Source: Bugula neritina
Taxonomy: Eukaryota; Animalia; Bryozoa
Assembly (NCBI GenBank): GCA_964035545.1
Contig: OZ037773.1
Coordinates: 9,949,751-10,013,750, forward strand
Length of the DNA stretch: 64,000 nucleotides
Direction of reading: 5' to 3'
Positions 63,781 through 64,000 of the stretch are shown piece by piece (position 1 is the first letter of the stretch; each line of letters opens with the position of its first letter). Under the pieces are notes generated by a model. The model ran no database searches and was not told the DNA's origin. It saw only the letters and a list, made by a program, of their open reading frames with translations. The position numbers and the translations under genes are program-made.

Positions 63781-63883
63781 ACACAGAGCAGCATATAACA
63801 ACACAGAGCAGCGTATAACAACACAGAGCAGCACATAACAACACAGAGCAGCACATAACAACACAGAGCAGCGTATAACAACA
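63781..63883. repeat. 20-bp tandem repeat (ACACAGAGCAGCRYATAACA), 5 copies
   Basis: Directly visible. Confidence 0.9.
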
Positions 63884-64000
63884 TGAAGATGGCTTACAAT
63901 TAACATCTTCGAGGGAGAGTCAACACATTAAGAGTTTTCTCTCCTAATAATTGTAGCAGAAAAATACTGACCTCTTATTAGCCTGAGAACCCTCCTCGGG

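Overview
AT-rich, intron-containing eukaryotic DNA, most likely from an invertebrate (species not identifiable from sequence). Almost the whole window is one gene cluster that the ORF track largely misses: 10 genes spanning start to stop (G1-G10) plus one partial copy (G0), encoding secreted thrombospondin type-1 repeat (TSR) proteins. All share one exon scaffold with every intron in phase 1: exon 1 codes only ATG+1 nt, a 42-nt signal-peptide exon, a highly variable low-complexity exon 3 (33-1599 nt), one or two TSR exons, and a tiny Tyr-containing last exon. The classes are: small, very basic Tyr/Gly/Ser/Arg/His-rich two-TSR proteins (G0-G5); two large His-Ala-Pro repeat + two-TSR proteins (G6, G8); a chimeric Arg/Pro-rich 6-Cys peptide with a degenerate TSR (G7); and two single-TSR proteins (G9, G10). 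The cluster shows inverted and tandem duplication, a precise intron loss, a micro-inversion, a frameshifted copy and mosaic paralogs. Non-coding content includes a tRNA-derived SINE with TSDs, a degenerate hammerhead ribozyme, and mini- and microsatellites. Gene models were spliced by hand. All functional interpretations (cross-linked structural or adhesive secretion versus defence proteins) are inference.
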